A stretch of 64,000 nt of DNA. Source: Antedon mediterranea (lineage: Eukaryota > Animalia > Echinodermata). The DNA is taken from the NCBI RefSeq assembly GCF_964355755.1, contig NC_092679.1, positions 22,613,432-22,677,431 of the forward strand, given 5' to 3'. Of this stretch, positions 60,001 to 64,000 are shown piece after piece. The notes under the pieces were generated by a model. It had not been told where the DNA came from, did no database searches, and worked only from the letters and a program-made list of their open reading frames with translations. The position numbers were made by a program, and so were the translations under genes. Positions within the stretch are counted from its first letter, which is position 1, and each line of letters starts with the position of its first letter.

Positions 60001-60916
60001 ACAGTGGCCGATAGAGCGCGAACAACTACAATAAGCCGAAATAACGATTTTCCAGATGTTGACCAAAGATCATTTCTTCACACACCGTCCAGTAGTAACA
60101 TAACTGCGACAGTCAAAACCACCAATGTAACGTCTAGCAACATTAACACTACTAGATGGTTTCCAGGAATGCGGAGGCTAGGAGAGTGGCCTCATCCGGC
60201 TAAAAACTCAACAAAAAGAAAGTTTACGATTCCTGTTGCCGCCCAAACAACTGAAGTTCTGACGACGTCTCAAACGACGTCACCGACTATAATTGTCGCC
60301 ACCACAGCACCGAAAATGGCGACGCCTGTTCCGGAAATAAATACGACGTCCCAGCTAATTAGCACGACAGCTGTACACGCCACTGAATCAAAGCAAAAAG
60401 GTAAACAAAAATAGGTCGTCTTTTTTTTGTAAAGTTTGTATTTTATTTTATGTATGGTTTTTGGATGAAACATATAATGCTAAATTTTACCTTGTTAAAA
60501 ATTCATTACTAATAAAATTCTCTTTTCTGTGAACTACGTAAAAAACAATTGTTGCAAAATATACGCTCGACTTTTATATTAGATAGGGTATCGTAATATG
60601 ATATTGTGCCCCATTTGTCATATTTTTTTGTACAATAAATCAATTTCATTTCAATTTGTAAGATACTAAATATTGTTTTTTTTTTAAATCTGTAGCGAAT
60701 CTCCTTTCGAAGTCGGAAGCACGGCTTGCTTTGTACCTTGCTGTGGGTATCGCGGGAATGGTCGCACTACTTTTCCTGGTTTTGGTTGCCGTCTGCACTC
60801 GAAATTCCCGCTCAATTGATATTCAGGCAGCGCATCAAGACATTCTTCATCCCACTTACAGAACGTGGGGTTCACCTCCAAGTCGTTTTCCAGCAGAAAA
60901 CGAACGTCTAGTGTGA
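51097..60916 (+). CDS. Multi-CUB-domain, mucin-stalk type I membrane protein (cubilin-like CUBs; 2203 aa)
   Basis: Exons 51097-51228 (signal peptide), 52816-52852, 54179-60400 (6222 bp), 60696-60916 (TM LALYLAVGIAGMVALLFLVLVAVC plus a short tail ending NERLV). Nine CUB domains (CGG...SPxYP...CxWxI...GF), then four 95-aa Thr-rich repeats. Confidence 0.9.
51254..51920. mobile_element. Harbinger-like MITE containing an 11-copy 47-50-bp tandem array
   Basis: TIR AGGCCAATTTACACAGACGAGCGGTAA. Internal unit ggtttccrctcaggatagatacagattmtatgttggacaagctacgc from about 51355 to 51885. Confidence 0.85.
52406..52587. mobile_element. MITE family B intact copy, nested in an older copy of the same family
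   Basis: aagcttggttcccactagaacgtaacgcaaggacg ... cgctagtgggaaccacgcttt. Older right-end remnants lie on both sides (about 52355-52405 and attggtaccaagctt). Confidence 0.85.
53300..53825 (+). mobile_element. CR1/L2-clade LINE 3' fragment
   Basis: Translates HVFKIYNHCCPPYL...HNYNTRG...TFFYNAIKEWNNLPINIKES....FKSKVKKYL. The 3'UTR ends gaaataaat(caaat)3. Confidence 0.8.
59048..60190 (+). repeat. Four near-identical 285-bp (95-aa) coding tandem repeats in the mucin stalk
   Basis: ggccgtctactgaaagtacg recurs at 59048, 59333, 59618 and 59903. Confidence 0.97.
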
Positions 60917-63194
60917 ATAATTTATTGATGGTTTTATTTTGTAGTATTAGTAGAGTATTATTGATCGAACTGATTTTGGGCTTTGTGTGGGCTAATTTTT
61001 ATCATATAATTTTTCCCTCCCATTGCTTCATGAATGTTAATAATGTACTATTATTTGTAAATATTTAACGATTGTTACTTTTATGCACATTTGGCCGTCC
61101 ATACGAACTATTATGCATGATTTAAACAATATTAAACATAAAATATACAAAAATAAAAAAATGTAAAAGTATATAGATGAATTGATGACGTCAAATTTTG
61201 ACAATTGTAGAAATTACGTATGATATATAAAACTATTATTTTCTTTGTTCGATTTGATATAAATGAGTTTTATTATATTTATTTATCAGATGTGTTTATT
61301 ATTCAAAATAAAAATTATAGGTATAGGCCTAATAATGACCTTTAAATGAAAATTAAAATGTATATATAATGAAATAATCTTATTTAAATGATTTATTCCA
61401 CGCATGCGTGGTGTATATTTTATGTGTGAGAGAGATATGTTTTTAACATTATTTGATATTTTTTATGTATGGGCCTAATAATACGTTTATAAACATTTTT
61501 TCAATGCGGGTATTTTAGTGATAGGATTAATTTTTATTTTAAATGTTACACGTTCATGGGGGCTATTTCAAGGCGCCAGCGATTGACAAGACTTCGCCTA
61601 TGCCTCGACTTCCATCTACAGTAATATCAAATCTTAATCTTACGAGAGAAAAAAAGTGATGTGATGTTATAAAAGCAAAATTCTTTTTAAGATAAATCAA
61701 GAATAAAATATTCAAAAGTATTAGTATTTTTTAAAGCATTTTTATTACTATTAGGCCTACCTTAAAGTCACACATGGTCAACACGTTTTGCAGTACAGAT
61801 ATTTACGTCGATACACGTACGGGGACGGGAACATAGTAAAATGTAATACGAAATTGCTCACTTTTGTCTTTTGTCAATCGATCTAACCATGATCTAATCC
61901 ATTTTTTTGCGCGCGTGAACTTTATAGAATGCAAAAAGCATGGTGGAATTGAACATAATACTTCTTGCATATGACTCAAGTAGCCTATCACCCATGTACA
62001 GTCCTCCTCTACAAAAGAAATGCGAAAACTCGACACGTCATAGAATTTTAAGATTGTGAATTTATATTTTTTTGTAGAGTAAGTATTACTCTATACTATA
62101 GGGTATTTTTTGAAAAAAAGTTCTATTGTTAAAACAAGAAATATTTGGTACAAAAAACACCGCTCGACTTTTTGACGTAACAGTTAAAAAAATACATTTT
62201 GTTGCAAAAATACAATTGTGTTTGTCGCCCTCTATTAGGACAAAGCAGACAAGTTTATGAGTCATATCGTGGGCAAATTTGTAAGTAATTTTACATATTT
62301 CGTGATTAATTTTTAGAGTACCCCGATAACATGAATATTTTTTTATCCAATGATCTGTTTATTTTATTCTAATAGGTTTTATCGAGTGCTTTTTTAGAAC
62401 TTTTAAAGTCCTTTGTTACAGTGTATTTTAATCGGAAATCAATACGGAAGCAGTAGCCTTGTCAGGCGCATCCGGTCCCTCTTGATTGGGTGTCAAAGTC
62501 GAATGGTTGAGGCGAGCAAAGAGAGCGAATGCCCTACACTTGCCTACGCCATAGGCCTAGCTTTTAAAGTTATATGATAATACGCATATTTTTATTTTGT
62601 ATAGATCCCAATTTTTCCTGAACAAAAGGAAATGCCAAATCCCCTTTTCTGCTTGAAAAAATAATTTTTTTCTTGTACAGTAGGTACGCTAGATCGAGAG
62701 TAGGAGCCAGTTGGGCCAGGGCCTAGCGCTAGGCCTATATTTAATTAAGGCAGAAGGTAGGCCTAGCCTAGAGAGAGAGAGAGAGAAGGGGCTCTCTGAC
62801 TCTGTCTGTATGCTACTACTACTTCTAGTACTAGGCTAGGCCCATAGGCTATGTTATGGTCTATTCTAGCTAGTAGTAGCCCCGAGACTATTAGTAGGCC
62901 CTTCCCTCTCCCATCCTGTAATGTACTATCAATTGATTTTATTTATCTTTTTTTTCATATTTTTTTGGGAACAATACATCTTCTCTAATACGGTGTGGAC
63001 AGATTGTGGATAGAAAACCCATAGTGCAACAGAAAATAAAAATAAAACTTTTTAAACAACTTCGCCAATATTTGTTTTTTTACTAGGTTGTAGAAAATAA
63101 CATTGTCACCAAACTACAGTACGAAAAGTAGTGCTTCACGTAAACCTAACTTGTGTTTGCGAGAGTTCGCTCACGCATTTTGGTTGTTATATTT

Positions 63195-63335
63195 ATGAGC
63201 GATTCCGAAGATAACTCTACAGAACGAACGCGCCTGATGAGTTCATCAGTAGTTATGAACAACGAAGGGACTGATGGTGTCGTTATACCACCAAGCGGTA
63301 CAAGCGGTACAAGTAGGACCGTCCCATCACCACAG
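63195..63335 (+). CDS. First coding exon of an unidentified gene (continues beyond window)
   Basis: Acceptor tactag at 63088, ATG at 63195, MSDSEDNSTERTRLMSSS...PSPQ, donor CAG|GTAAAT. A probable 5'UTR exon donor lies at 62281. ERTRLM resembles an N-terminal acidic dileucine lysosomal sorting signal (inference). Confidence 0.55.
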
Positions 63336-63744
63336 GTAAATTAATTTCATATTTTGGCCATATGGTTTATCGCAAATAGCGTTTGGAATTGGGATCAATA
63401 GCGCAACCACCACTATATAAAATTTTTACTGGTGGCGCTATATTCTCCCAATTCCTTTCCATCATGCATCACTCATGCTATTTACGACGATTGTTTCTTA
63501 TAATAGTTTGGGGGTTTTTTTTAGGGTGGAGTCTCTCTTTTATTATAATTTGGGTCGCCTCAATCTTTCTGGAAATTACAAGTAATGTATGCGACATTTA
63601 TATAGCGCTATTTCATAAAGATCAGAGCGCTGTGGACTTAGATGTTACACCCTTTCAACAACATTATTCTCCCCTAAGGGTCACATCGTGTCATCGGCAG
63701 CCAACTACGGTGCCATTACGTCTGTCCGCGACAGTGTGTGTGTG

Positions 63745-63968
63745 TGTGAACTAGTACACCGGGGTAACCCCCCACTCGTCTCGAAATATGTACTAGGTTT
63801 TTTAAAGTGCACACGAGCAATATGCATACACTGGACCTACGGTTTATAGTCCTTATCCGAGAAGACTTATTCTACCACCAGAACCATGGAGCGAGTGAGC
63901 CTCGAACCCTTTCCAATGTTATGGCTATGGATTACAGTTCCATTGTCTTAACCGCTCGGCCACTCACA
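63745..63968 (-). mobile_element. tRNA-derived Deu-like SINE (same family as 17975-18281)
   Basis: Shares tagtacacc...aaagtgcaca...tatccgagaagact...taccaccagaaccatggagcgagtgagcctcgaaccc...taaccgctcggccactcac with the copy near 18050-18280. Confidence 0.8.
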
Positions 63969-64000
63969 AGTGTTTTGGACTTAAACAAATAAATACTTTT

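Overview
Eukaryotic, AT-rich, intron-rich animal DNA. A marine invertebrate, possibly an echinoderm, is my inference from Deu-like SINEs and the motif composition; it is not proven. I rebuilt eight spliced protein-coding genes by hand from GT/AG sites and frame continuity: ERO1 (+, 5' end outside the window), RNASEH2C (+), a 92-aa SMIM26-like mitochondrial microprotein (-), a senju/SLC35A-type UDP-galactose transporter (+), AK7 (-), RAB1 (+), a 2203-aa type I membrane protein with 9 CUB domains and mucin repeats, mostly in one 6.2-kb exon (+), and the first coding exon of an unidentified gene (+). Introns and intergenic DNA are full of MITEs, SINEs (tRNA- and 5S-derived), LINE tails and nested insertions. 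Main oddities: 22-35 bp micro-hairpins with 7-bp target duplications that look like P-superfamily excision footprints; an extra Cys-rich cassette-type exon in the ERO1 regulatory loop; a MITE carrying a tRNA-Lys fragment; a 5S-derived SINE; a RAB1 upstream acceptor that creates a TAATG stop/start overlap; and the intron-free multi-CUB ectodomain with an unrecognised duplicated helical module. Homology calls come from remembered family motifs, not database searches.
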